A stretch of DNA of 64,000 nucleotides from contig CAZFHZ010000006.1 of the NCBI GenBank assembly GCA_964519015.1, positions 18 to 64,017 on the forward strand, in the 5' to 3' direction. The DNA comes from an uncultured Gemmatimonadota bacterium. GTDB lineage: Bacteria; Blakebacterota; Blakebacteria; Blakebacterales; CAYUVJ01. The notes under the pieces are model-generated. The model was given only the letters and a program-made list of their open reading frames with translations. It made no database searches and was not told the DNA's origin. The translations under genes were made by a program, and so were the position numbers. This document shows positions 9,229 to 18,557 of this stretch, piece after piece. Positions within the stretch are counted from its first letter, which is position 1; each line of letters opens with the position of its first letter.

Positions 9229-10513
9229 GCAGCACGACCGTACGGTCGTCCTGGTAGGCCGCACTCCCGGCGCTCCACCGCTCCACCTCCTGGAGGAGTC
9301 GCTGCACCTGCTCGGCCGGGCTCTTATCCCCCAGGGTGTGCATCAGGCCGAGGAGGCGTTGTTCGCCGAAGAGCTCTTCAGCGGGATCCGCCGCCTCGAC
9401 CACCCCGTCGCTGAAGATCAGGATGCGGTCCCCCGGCTGCAGGGTCTCCTCGCCGGCCTCGAAGACGGCTTCGGTCAGGAACCCGAGCGGGATCCCGGTG
9501 GCGGGCAGTTCCCGGACCGACCCGTCCCGGCCCAGGATATAAGGAGGGTTGTGGCCGGCGTTGACGTACCGGAAGCGGCAGCCGGCCTCCTCCAGGATTC
9601 CCAGGAAGAGGGTGGCGAAGTGCTCCGGTCCGGTGGCGGCGCATAGGTGTTCGTTGACCAGCGCGATGGCCGGGACCGGCTCGGTATGCACCCGCAGGCT
9701 CATACGGAGCAGGGCCTGGAGGTTGCTCATCAGCAGCGCGGCCGGCATGCCCGATCCGGACACATCGCCCAGGGCGACGATGGTGCGTCCGTCGGGCAGC
9801 GGCAGGACATCGTAGTAATCCCCCCCAATCTGCCGGGCGGGGTTGCAGGCGGCCGCCAGGGCGAAGCCGGGGATCTCCGGCAGCCGGGCGGGTAGGAAGC
9901 GCCGCCAGACCGATTCGGCCAGCTCCCGCTCCCGGTCGAGGGCCCGGTGCTGCAGGGCATCCTCCAGCAGCCGGGCGTTCTCCAGGAGCGAACCCGCCTC
10001 CGCCGCCAGCAGCTGGGCGAGGTCGAGATGGTACTTCAGGAAGACCCCCCCCTCCCGTCGGTCGACCAGGGTGAGAACCCCGGCCAGCTCCCCCTGGTGG
10101 AGGATGGGGACGGCCAGCAGGCAGCGGGCCGCCTCCTCGGCTTTCTTGGGGAGCGGGAAGCGGGAGTCGGAGCCCAGTTCATCCACCACCAGCGGCTCCC
10201 GGGAACCGGAGACGAGCAGGAAGGCGGTGTTCTCGATCACCCGGGGGACGGTGCCCGCATGCAGTCCCGGGGTCCGGATCATGGTCCGGGCCACATCTTC
10301 TCCCCCCAGACCGCGCAGCTTGATCGTCCCCCAGCGGGCGCCGACGGCGTCCACGATCTCCCGCACCAGCAGTTCGAGCAGCTGAGGGACTTCGTAGGGA
10401 CCGCGGGTGGCCTGGAGCACCCGGTTGAGGATCCGCAGGTGGTCGGCCGAGATCATGACGGTGTCCGAGAGCGAGGGTACAGGGCGGGGGCGCTCCCGGC
10501 GGAAGAGCGGCAT
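9167..10513 (-). CDS. GAF-domain / PP2C-type (SpoIIE/RsbU-family) serine phosphatase
   Basis: N-terminal GAF-like region; PP2C motifs GGDYYDV, GDVSGSGMPAALLMS, LIFSDGVVEA; 3' end overlaps the convergent GMC gene by ~60 nt. Confidence 0.85.
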   Translation of the reverse strand: MPLFRRERPRPVPSLSDTVMISADHLRILNRVLQATRGPYEVPQLLELLVREIVDAVGARWGTIKLRGLGGEDVARTMIRTPGLHAGTVPRVIENTAFLLVSGSREPLVVDELGSDSRFPLPKKAEEAARCLLAVPILHQGELAGVLTLVDRREGGVFLKYHLDLAQLLAAEAGSLLENARLLEDALQHRALDRERELAESVWRRFLPARLPEIPGFALAAACNPARQIGGDYYDVLPLPDGRTIVALGDVSGSGMPAALLMSNLQALLRMSLRVHTEPVPAIALVNEHLCAATGPEHFATLFLGILEEAGCRFRYVNAGHNPPYILGRDGSVRELPATGIPLGFLTEAVFEAGEETLQPGDRILIFSDGVVEAADPAEELFGEQRLLGLMHTLGDKSPAEQVQRLLQEVERWSAGSAAYQDDRTVVLLNSSPGAPVESGPSPAPPGR

Positions 10514-10754
10514 GCGGTCCCTCCTGGCTAAGGCTGCCCGGCTTGACCCAGCGGGAGTCGAGACCTACGATGCGGAGTGGTCCCCGGGGCGTCCCGATTC
10601 TGGAGCCGGAAGCCACCCGGTGCAACCTCGCCTTTCCTTGTGCCCTCACCGCGCGGTGACCGGTCCGGACCCTCGCCCCCGCTCGAGATGAACCCGCAGG
10701 GTACGTCCGGCCGCGCCCCGTTCGAACGGTCGCGACCGTTGTGGAGAAGCTGCC

Positions 10755-11120
10755 ATGCGCATGAGCGAAAGAATCGTCGACGGGATCGCTGTCCTGGCGG
10801 TCTCGGGGAAGATGATGGGCGGCCCCGACCAGCAGAAGTGTCACGCCCAAGTCCACGGCCTGGTGGAGGAAGGGGTGCCCTGGATCGTGATGGACCTGGG
10901 GCAGTTGGTCTGGATCAACTCCTCGGGGATCGGACTGCTGGTGGGGAGCCTGACCTCCTGCCGCAATGCGGGGGGGAACCTGGTGGTGGCCCGCGCCCAG
11001 AAGAAGGTGCGCTCTCTCTTCATGATGACCCAGATCATCAAGATCTTCGACGTCTTCAACACCGTGAAGGAGGGGGTCGCCTTCCTGGCCAAGCAGCGGG
11101 AGGAGGCGAAGCGCGGCTGA
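10755..11120 (+). CDS. STAS-domain anti-sigma-factor antagonist (SpoIIAA-like)
   Basis: 121 aa; VLAVSGKMMGGPD...MDLGQLVWINSSGIGLLV with the conserved phosphorylatable Ser in NSSGIG; divergent from the PP2C phosphatase. Confidence 0.8.
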   Translation: MRMSERIVDGIAVLAVSGKMMGGPDQQKCHAQVHGLVEEGVPWIVMDLGQLVWINSSGIGLLVGSLTSCRNAGGNLVVARAQKKVRSLFMMTQIIKIFDVFNTVKEGVAFLAKQREEAKRG

Positions 11121-11183
11121 TCCGACGCCGGCCTGCCCGGCCCGGTGATTGCCCGGCCGGGGCGGACGGGCTAGAGTGGGGCC

Positions 11184-12023
11184 GTGCGAACGCTCGCCGG
11201 CATCCTCCTGGCATCCTCCCTGGCTGCACCGGTCGCCGGCCGTCAGGTTCCCGTGCCCGTCGATGGGCCGCCCGTACGCACCTACGACTGCCAGCGAACC
11301 CTCCTGCCGGTGACCATCGACGGCCGGCTGGACGAGCCAGCCTGGCTCACCGCTCCCTGGTCGGAGGACTTCATCGACATCCTCGGGACCGCCGGGCCGG
11401 CACCCGCCCTGCGCACCCGCTTCAAGCTGCTCTGGGATGAGACCTGCCTCTACGTGGGGGCCGAGCTGGAGGAGCCCCACCTCTGGGCCACCCTGACCGA
11501 GCGGGACGCCGTCATCTACCACGAGGACGATTTCGAGCTCTTCCTCGACCCGGACGGGGACGGCCGGCTCTACGCCGAACTGGAGATCAACGCCCTCGGG
11601 ACGGTCTGGGACCTGCTGCTCGTGCGCCCCTACCGGGAGGGGGGACCCCCCATCTCCGGCTGGGACATCCACGGCCTGCGCTCGGCGGTGCACCGGGAGG
11701 GGACTCTGAACGACCCGGGGGACCGCGACCGGGGCTGGTCGGTCGAGCTCGCTCTCCCCTGGGCCGCCTTGGCCGAACTCGCCCCCGGGCGCCGTCCCCC
11801 CCGGGCCGGCGAGGTCTGGCGGATGAACTTCTCCCGGGTCGAGTGGCCGCTCAAGGTGCGTGACGGGGGCTACATCAAACAGTCCGATCCGGCGACCGGC
11901 CGGCCGCGGCGGGAGTCGAACTGGGTCTGGTCGCCCCAGCGGAAGGTGGATATGCACGAACCGGAGTACTGGGGGCGGGTGACCTTCCGAGAACCCCCCG
12001 ATGGACCGGCCGGGAGACCGTGA
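11184..12023 (+). CDS. Exported CBM9-like / DOMON-like carbohydrate-binding domain protein
   Basis: Signal peptide; motifs DDFELFLDP, GWSVELALPW, EVWRMNFSRVEW typical of CBM9-like family proteins. Confidence 0.6.
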   Translation: MRTLAGILLASSLAAPVAGRQVPVPVDGPPVRTYDCQRTLLPVTIDGRLDEPAWLTAPWSEDFIDILGTAGPAPALRTRFKLLWDETCLYVGAELEEPHLWATLTERDAVIYHEDDFELFLDPDGDGRLYAELEINALGTVWDLLLVRPYREGGPPISGWDIHGLRSAVHREGTLNDPGDRDRGWSVELALPWAALAELAPGRRPPRAGEVWRMNFSRVEWPLKVRDGGYIKQSDPATGRPRRESNWVWSPQRKVDMHEPEYWGRVTFREPPDGPAGRP

Positions 12024-12024
12024 T

Positions 12025-13128
12025 ATGACCCCTCCGCATGGCGGCACCCTCGACCGTCGCTCCTTCCTCGCCCGCTCGGGCGCGGCTGCGGCCGGCGCCC
12101 TGACCACACCTCTCTTCATGACACTCCCCGGCGGGGCCGACGAACTGCCCCGCCACTGGGCCTGGGTCCACGGCGGGCGGCGGCGGAGCGGGGAAGAGTG
12201 GCGGGAGCGGTTCGCCCTGGCCCGTCGCTCCGGCCTCGGCGGGGTGCTCGTATCGGGAGGGGAGACCTCCCTGCTGTCCGGAGCCGCCCGGGCCGAGGGG
12301 CTGGCCTTCCACCGCTGGCTCTGGACGTTGAACCGGAGCAGGGACGCCGAGGTGAAGGAGCGCCATCCGGAGTGGTTCAGCGTCAGCCGGCTGGGCGAGT
12401 CGTGCCTGGAGCAGCCCCCCTACGTCGGCTACTACCAGTGGCTCTGCCCGAGCCGGCCCGAGGTGCGGGCCTACCTGGCCGATTGGGCCGCCGGGATCGC
12501 CGCCGATCCCGAGGTCGAGGGGATCCACCTCGACTACATCCGGCACCCCGACGTCATCCTCCCGGTCGGGCTCTGGTCGAAGTACGAGCTGGTCCAGGAC
12601 CGGGAACTCCCCGAGTACGACTTCTGCTACTGCGAGGTCTGCCGAGCGCTTTTCCGCGCCCGCACCGGGACCGATCCGCTCGAGCTGCCCGACCCGACCG
12701 CCGACGAGCGCTGGCGGCGCTTCCGCTGGGAGGGAGTGACCGGGGTGGTCGAGGCGATCGCGGGTGCGGTCCGCCCGACCGGCAAGCCCCTCAGCGCGGC
12801 GGTCTTCCCCACCCCCACCATCGCCCGGCGCCTGGTCCGTCAGGCCTGGGAGAGTTGGCCCCTCCAGGCCGTCTTCCCCATGCTCTACCACCGCTTCTAC
12901 GAGGAGGAGCTGCCCTGGATCGGGGATGGGGTGCGGGAGGGGGTAGCCGCCCTGGCCGGGCGGTTCCCTCTCCAGGCCGGGCTCTACGTCCCCGACCTCA
13001 CACCCGATGAGTTGGCCCGGGCCGTCACCATAGCCCTGGAGGCGGGGGCCCGGGGCATCGCCCTCTTCGAGCTGGATGCCCTGCAGCCGGCCCACTGGGA
13101 GCGGCTGGCCCCCCTGCTGAAGACCTGA
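12025..13128 (+). CDS. TAT-exported glycosyl-hydrolase-like family 10 (GHL10/DUF187-type TIM barrel) protein
   Basis: Twin-arginine signal RRSFLARSGAAAAGA; motifs PEVRAYLADWAAGIAADPEVEGIHLDYIRHP, YCYCEVCR; start taken at internal ATG just after the previous stop. Confidence 0.55.
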   Translation: MTPPHGGTLDRRSFLARSGAAAAGALTTPLFMTLPGGADELPRHWAWVHGGRRRSGEEWRERFALARRSGLGGVLVSGGETSLLSGAARAEGLAFHRWLWTLNRSRDAEVKERHPEWFSVSRLGESCLEQPPYVGYYQWLCPSRPEVRAYLADWAAGIAADPEVEGIHLDYIRHPDVILPVGLWSKYELVQDRELPEYDFCYCEVCRALFRARTGTDPLELPDPTADERWRRFRWEGVTGVVEAIAGAVRPTGKPLSAAVFPTPTIARRLVRQAWESWPLQAVFPMLYHRFYEEELPWIGDGVREGVAALAGRFPLQAGLYVPDLTPDELARAVTIALEAGARGIALFELDALQPAHWERLAPLLKT

Positions 13129-13135
13129 TTCCCAG

Positions 13136-14284
13136 TCAGAAGATCGCGCGGTTGGGCTGGAGCTCCTTGAGGAAGGCCTCCACCGGCAGGCAGGTCACCT
13201 CCCCGATCTTGAGCCGCTCCTGCCCACGGTAGAGGAGCAGGGGGCTGCATTCCGGGTACTCCGCATGGAAGGAGCGGAGTTCGCGCAGGTCCTCCGGCCG
13301 TACCCGACGCGTATTCTTCACCTCGATGGCCCAGAACCCTCTCGGTCCGTAGACGACGAAGTCCACTTCCGACCCGGCCCGCGTCCTCGAGAAGAACAGT
13401 TCGAAGGGCTCGCTGGAATAGGCGATCCAGGCCCTGAGGTGCTGGGCCACGAGACCTTCCAGCGCGCCTCCTTCCGCCTCCTCCGGCCGGTCCAGAGGCC
13501 CCTTCGGTCTCAACGAACGGAATACGCCGGCATCGAAGAGGTAGAACTTCGGATGGGACGTCGTGGCCCGTTCGGCACGGCGGGAGAAGACCGGCAGCCG
13601 GAATCCGAGCAGGAGATCCTCCAGCACCTCCAGGAACCCAACCACGGTCTTTCGCCTGACCTGGCACTCGCGGGCCACGTTGCTGACGTTGAGAATGCCG
13701 GCCTGCGAGAAGCTCACCGCCTCGAGGAACCGGGCGAAGTTCCCGACGTTGCGGACCCACCCCTCGACCCGGACTTCTTCTTCCAGGTAGAGGCTCGCAT
13801 AGGCCCGGAGCGTGTCGGCTGGGTCGGGAGAGGCCACCACGAGGGGTACCATCCCCCGCTCCAGAGCCGCGCTCAGAACGAAGTCCGGCACCTCGGCGGC
13901 CATGAAGGGGTGGCAGGTCCGGACCACGGCTCGACCGGCCAGCAGATCCACCCCACCCCGGCGCAGCTTGCGAGCGCTGGACCCGGTCAGGATGAACCTT
14001 CTGGTGGGCGAACGCTCAAGCAGGTCGTGCACGACATTCAGCAGCTCGGGCGCCCGCTGGACTTCGTCCAGAACGACGGGGGCTTCCAGCGGGGCGCCGC
14101 TCAGGAGTTCCACAAGCCGCTCCGGACGGGCGCTCAGTTCCCGGAACGTGTCCGGTTTGAGAAGATCCACGAACAGCGCCCCGGGGAACTGTTGCCTCAG
14201 CCAGGTCGTCTTGCCCGTTCCTCGGGGACCGAAGAGGAAGAAGCTGGACGTGGGTACCGGGATGAATCGAGGTAGTTTTTCCAT
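13136..14284 (-). CDS. AAA+ ATPase with DUF4143 C-terminal domain
   Basis: Walker A FLFGPRGTGKTT, Walker B VVLDEVQ; DUF4143-type C-terminus; start set to MEKLPRF (ATG at 14284), the upstream part of the ORF looks non-coding. Confidence 0.75.
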   Translation of the reverse strand: MEKLPRFIPVPTSSFFLFGPRGTGKTTWLRQQFPGALFVDLLKPDTFRELSARPERLVELLSGAPLEAPVVLDEVQRAPELLNVVHDLLERSPTRRFILTGSSARKLRRGGVDLLAGRAVVRTCHPFMAAEVPDFVLSAALERGMVPLVVASPDPADTLRAYASLYLEEEVRVEGWVRNVGNFARFLEAVSFSQAGILNVSNVARECQVRRKTVVGFLEVLEDLLLGFRLPVFSRRAERATTSHPKFYLFDAGVFRSLRPKGPLDRPEEAEGGALEGLVAQHLRAWIAYSSEPFELFFSRTRAGSEVDFVVYGPRGFWAIEVKNTRRVRPEDLRELRSFHAEYPECSPLLLYRGQERLKIGEVTCLPVEAFLKELQPNRAIF

Positions 14285-14293
14285 AATGAGACT

Positions 14294-14320
14294 CAATATG
14301 GCCCCGCCAAGTCCATATTG
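14294..14320. promoter_or_regulatory. Inverted repeat CAATATGG-N11-CCATATTG in an AT-rich leader 10-36 nt upstream of the AAA+ ATPase start
   Basis: Perfect 8-bp inverted repeat read directly; the surrounding 50 nt are markedly AT-rich for this genome. Confidence 0.4.
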
Positions 14321-14393
14321 CAAGTAATACCCCGGCTTTGGGAGCAGGACGTCAGGTTCGCCCGCCGGCTCCAGGAAGTCGGCCCGAGTCCGG

Positions 14394-15290
14394 TCAGGTC
14401 CGGGCTGTCTCGGTCGAGGGCCCCGACTCCGCGGCGGCCGCCAGCACGTCACCGTGGGTGACCACTTTCCCCCGTCCCCGTCCTTTCCCGTACTCGAGCG
14501 CCCCCACGGCTCGTTCGATCAGATCGACGGGACGGGCCAGGTCGGGAGCGATCTCGGCGATCCCGATGGTGGCGGTCAGTTCGATCCCGTCCCGGATCTG
14601 GTCGGGGCGCTCGTCACGGACCAGCCGGCCCTGCTCATCTTTCAGGAAGCGCACGGCGTGGAGGCAGGAACCGAGCCGGGCCCCGGAGATGCGCCCCCCC
14701 TCCTCGGCCGTGCCCGGGAGCACGCAGAGGAACCGCTCGTCGTCGTAGCGGCCCACCAGGTCGATCTGCCGCAGGCCTTCCCGCAACACCCCGCCCGTCT
14801 CCCGCAGGAGCAGGTCGATCGGCTCAGGCCCTTCCGTACCGGCGATCTCCGCCAGACCGTCCACTTCGAGCAGGGCCACGCTGAGCGGGAAGTTGAACTG
14901 CTGCGCCTTGCGGAACTCCTGATCGAGCAGATAGAGGATGGCCCGCCGGTTGAAGGTGCCGGTCAGCTCGTCGGTGTTGACCAGCTGCTCGAACTCGTCC
15001 AGCCGCATGATGTCCCGGATGGTGCCGTAACCGGAGCGCACGACCAGGTACATCAGCAAGGCCGACAGCAGCAGGACCTCGGCCAGGATGAGGTTCCGGT
15101 CGAAGGGCATCTCCAGGAAGAGGAAGGCGATGATGAGCAGGTAGACGATCGAGAAGAAGCCCATCAGGTTGCGCACGCTCGCCCACGGCCGACGCTCGCC
15201 CAACAGGGCGACCAGCCGGTTGGTGCGATGGGTGGTGGCCAGCAGGATGGCCACCCCGATCGCCACGAGCAGGGCGGGGATTAAGGTCAT
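14394..15290 (-). CDS. Membrane-anchored GGDEF-domain protein with degenerate active site (GRYDDERF) and intact I-site (RQID)
   Basis: 3 N-terminal TM helices; GGDEF-domain motifs LTGTFNRRA, RxxD I-site; GG(D/E)EF replaced by DDERF. Confidence 0.75.
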   Translation of the reverse strand: MTLIPALLVAIGVAILLATTHRTNRLVALLGERRPWASVRNLMGFFSIVYLLIIAFLFLEMPFDRNLILAEVLLLSALLMYLVVRSGYGTIRDIMRLDEFEQLVNTDELTGTFNRRAILYLLDQEFRKAQQFNFPLSVALLEVDGLAEIAGTEGPEPIDLLLRETGGVLREGLRQIDLVGRYDDERFLCVLPGTAEEGGRISGARLGSCLHAVRFLKDEQGRLVRDERPDQIRDGIELTATIGIAEIAPDLARPVDLIERAVGALEYGKGRGRGKVVTHGDVLAAAAESGPSTETART

Positions 15291-15365
15291 CGGTCGCCCC
15301 CTGGATCGCTACGGGTTCATACTCTTCCTGAGAGTACGCCCGGGAACCGACCGGACGCCACCCCT

Positions 15366-16793
15366 TCATCGCCGCCGCTGGAGAGGCATGAGCAGGCAGT
15401 GAGGACCGCCGTTGCGCATCGAGAGGGCCTGACCAGGGAAGGTCAGTACCTCGATCCCGGCCGCCCGCAGCGCCCGGTTGGTGTGCCCGTTCTGCTCCAG
15501 GGCGATCACCCGTCCGGGGGCCAGCTGGACCACGTTCGCCCCCTGCCAGCGCAGTTCGTACATGGCCCGCTCGAGGGCATATTCTTCGAGCGGCAGCTCG
15601 CCGCGCTCCCCGCCCACGAAGACGATCCGGTAGCCGCGCTCGCGGAGAAGATCGACCAGCTTGAGCCCGAGCGGCTCCGCCTCGCCGCTCCCGGACCGGT
15701 AGCGGGTCACCCAGCCCACTTCGGGCATGACCGCAATGGTGCGCCGCAGGCTCTCGGGATCCCCCGCCCGCAGCTCGCCGTCGAGGGTCAGCAGCCGCTC
15801 CATCTGGCGGGCGAGACCGGCCAGCAGCGGGCCCATCGGATTGCACTCCGACCACTCCCGCTCCAGGAAGAAGGGGACGGCCAGGGCGGTGGATGTATCG
15901 AGCAGGTTACAGATGGAGTCCAGGTGCAGGAGCTGCCGGCCCAGCCCGTTGGGCCGGTCGGCCGGGGGCATGGCCACCCCGTAGACATCCATGCCCAGCC
16001 GGCGGGCCAGGAGCGAGGCGGCCTCGACGCTGGTGCGGTTGCCCGTGCCCAGCAACAGCTCCTGGGGCCCCAGCACGATCACGTCCCCGCCGTCGAGCGA
16101 GAGGTCCTCGCGCCCGGCGTCGAAGAGGACCGGGATCTCCCGCAATCCATCGGCGTGCTCGAACATCAGACGGGTGTAGTGCTTCTCCAGGACCCGGTTG
16201 CCGTTGCGGGAGTCGCCGATGATGACTCCCTTCGGGGTCATGGCCGCGAAGTCGCGTGACCAGTAGATCGAGGACATCCCCGGGAAGAGCGGGTCGAACA
16301 CCGAATCGGGACCAGCGTGGTAGAAACTCCCGTCGCTCAGGCCGAGCAGGTCCTCCCCGGTCAATTCGTCCAGCCGGGGGAGGATCGCCTCGGCGGTGGC
16401 CGGGAAGACGGTCCGGATCCAGTCGGCCAGCACCCCCTGCCGTCGGGCGTGCTCCAGCGCGCTCGTCATCAGCTCGGTGACGGTGAGGGTCCGTACCCCC
16501 GCACGCCGGAGCAGCCGCATCAGGGCGGCGTGCTCGGCCACCGTCCCGGGGGGCAGGCCGGTGCTGAAGACCGGGTGGCCGCTCCCCATCTCGGAGGACT
16601 TGAAGATCCACTCCCCCACCGGCATGACGATGGCCGCCTCGAGCCGGTCGGTGTCCCCCTGCACGTACGGGGCCACCGGGAGGAAGGGACCACTCCCGCC
16701 GGGCCCGCCACTCCCACCGCAGGCGGCGGCGCCCAGCAGCAGACCGATCACCACGGCCTGGACCGATATCACTCTGCGAGAAGATCCGACCAT
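15366..16793 (-). CDS. Exported lipoprotein of the guanidino-group-modifying enzyme superfamily (arginine deiminase/amidinotransferase-like)
   Basis: Signal peptide plus lipobox (LLLGAAACGG); C-terminal nucleophile motif NGGPHCLLMPL resembling ADI/DDAH/agmatine-deiminase Cys motifs; 475 aa. Confidence 0.6.
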   Translation of the reverse strand: MVGSSRRVISVQAVVIGLLLGAAACGGSGGPGGSGPFLPVAPYVQGDTDRLEAAIVMPVGEWIFKSSEMGSGHPVFSTGLPPGTVAEHAALMRLLRRAGVRTLTVTELMTSALEHARRQGVLADWIRTVFPATAEAILPRLDELTGEDLLGLSDGSFYHAGPDSVFDPLFPGMSSIYWSRDFAAMTPKGVIIGDSRNGNRVLEKHYTRLMFEHADGLREIPVLFDAGREDLSLDGGDVIVLGPQELLLGTGNRTSVEAASLLARRLGMDVYGVAMPPADRPNGLGRQLLHLDSICNLLDTSTALAVPFFLEREWSECNPMGPLLAGLARQMERLLTLDGELRAGDPESLRRTIAVMPEVGWVTRYRSGSGEAEPLGLKLVDLLRERGYRIVFVGGERGELPLEEYALERAMYELRWQGANVVQLAPGRVIALEQNGHTNRALRAAGIEVLTFPGQALSMRNGGPHCLLMPLQRRR

Positions 16794-16949
16794 GGCGGTG
16801 TCCCCCCTTCCCCGTTCAGCGCAGGTACGCGTCGATGAGCGAGCGCCAGAGGCGGTAACTTCGCCCGGGCAGGACGATCAGGACCGCCGCGCCGAGCGCG
16901 AGAACCGGTCTGGGGATCCGTGACATCGCGACCTCCCGCAGGTGATGGA

Positions 16950-18557
16950 TCAGTCGAGCAGGACGATCTGTTCCCGCTCCGGTCGGCCGGGATCGACCCG
17001 CTCGAGCAGACGGTCGAGCAGGGAGTCGAGTCCGTACCGCAGGGCGAAGGGGAGCATTCCGAGGACGCGCTCCTGCGGATGCCCCTGGGGGAAGAGCCAG
17101 ACGGCGGCCTTGGCGATCTGGGCCCGCACGGTCTCCTGTTGCCGTCCCAGGTTGGCGACCGCTTTCCCCCGCAGCCGGTCGAGCTCACCGCTCAGGCGTC
17201 CGGCGGCGGTCTCAAAGGGAGCCGCCAGGGTTGGATCGAAGGCCGCGACCTGCCCTTTCAGGGTCTCCAGCGAAGCCAGCAGGTCCTCGCGTGTGCCTTC
17301 GAAGGCCCGCTCCAGGTCGTCGGGGAAGAGACTCCGGGCGATCCGTCCGACGACCGCGTTCACTCCGTCGGCCAGCTCCAGCGGGTCCAGACCGTACTTT
17401 TCCACGACCCGGGCGGCCACCCTCGGCAGCAGCAGCACGCGGGGCCGGGGAACGATCACGGGGGGGGCGACCTGCAAGCGGGCGTAGAGCGGTCCGATCT
17501 GCGCCCAGTAGGCGATCTCCGAGGGACCCCCCACGAAGGCCATGGTGGGAAGGAGATGATCCTGGAGGAGGGGACGCAGCGCCGCTCCCGCGTCGAGCCG
17601 CCACGGGCCCCCGGGGTCGAGCAGTTCTTCCCCCCTGACCACTCCCTCCCCTTCCACTTCGAAGAGATCGGATCCGGGACCGACCCGGAGGGGACGGCGC
17701 CCTCCCCCGCTCCCGGTGACGAAGAGAGGGAGCCGCCCGCTCGGCAGACCGAGCTGGCGATGGTAGCCGGCCCGTCGCAGCGGTGGATCGGTCTCCGCCA
17801 GGACCTCCCCCGCGCCGAGCGGATCGGCCAGCACCCGTTCAAAGAGCGTGGTGGAGGAACCCTCCAGCTCCGGCCAGAGGGGATCGAGCAGGACCAGACC
17901 GCGCGGTCCGAGCCAGCCGCCCAGCAACCGCTCGAAAGCCCCGGCCACCGTCTCCTCCGGGCTGTAGGCGGCGGCCACATCGGCCAGCAGGTCGGCCCGG
18001 AACTCGGTCTCGTGGAGTACTTCCTCCAGCCATCCGTTCAGGGCGGTGGCGGCCTCCCCCAGCGGGATGCGCCCAACCGACCGGCCCTCCAGCGGGAGGA
18101 TCGCCGGATGGGCGTGGAGAGAGAACGTGCGCAGGGTATTCGCCCGGTCGACCACGGTCGCACTTCCCGCCTCGACCAGGTCGCTGTCGTTGGAAGCCAC
18201 CCAGAAGAGGGGGAGTACGGGCACTTCGAGCTGCGACTCGGCCCAGTCGGCCAGCCGGAGGAGGGCCAGCGCCTTGTGCAGGGTGTAGAGCGGCCCCCCC
18301 AGCACGCCCGCCTGCTGGCCGGCCACCACCGCTACCCCCTGGCCGGCGGCGACCGCCTCGAGACGCCGCCGGCCCGGTTCGGTCAGCCACCGGGCGTTGC
18401 GCTCCGCCAGCACCCGCGCGACCTCGGCGCGGGGACCGCCTTGGGCCCGGGTGCGGCGGGCGGCCTCCTTCCAGGCGGCGGGGTCGCCCCAGTCACCGGG
18501 GAAGAAGTCGAGCGCGGCCGGACGGCGGGCCAGGAAATCGTGGAAGAGCCGGGTCAT
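16950..18557 (-). CDS. bshC: Bacillithiol biosynthesis cysteine-adding enzyme BshC
   Basis: Start set at MTRLFHDFLARRPAALDFFPGD (ATG 18557); BshC-like features VVAGQQAG, YHRQLGLPSG, ~535 aa; the upstream 175 codons of the 710-aa ORF overlap the methyltransferase and are rejected. Confidence 0.7.
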   Translation of the reverse strand: MTRLFHDFLARRPAALDFFPGDWGDPAAWKEAARRTRAQGGPRAEVARVLAERNARWLTEPGRRRLEAVAAGQGVAVVAGQQAGVLGGPLYTLHKALALLRLADWAESQLEVPVLPLFWVASNDSDLVEAGSATVVDRANTLRTFSLHAHPAILPLEGRSVGRIPLGEAATALNGWLEEVLHETEFRADLLADVAAAYSPEETVAGAFERLLGGWLGPRGLVLLDPLWPELEGSSTTLFERVLADPLGAGEVLAETDPPLRRAGYHRQLGLPSGRLPLFVTGSGGGRRPLRVGPGSDLFEVEGEGVVRGEELLDPGGPWRLDAGAALRPLLQDHLLPTMAFVGGPSEIAYWAQIGPLYARLQVAPPVIVPRPRVLLLPRVAARVVEKYGLDPLELADGVNAVVGRIARSLFPDDLERAFEGTREDLLASLETLKGQVAAFDPTLAAPFETAAGRLSGELDRLRGKAVANLGRQQETVRAQIAKAAVWLFPQGHPQERVLGMLPFALRYGLDSLLDRLLERVDPGRPEREQIVLLD

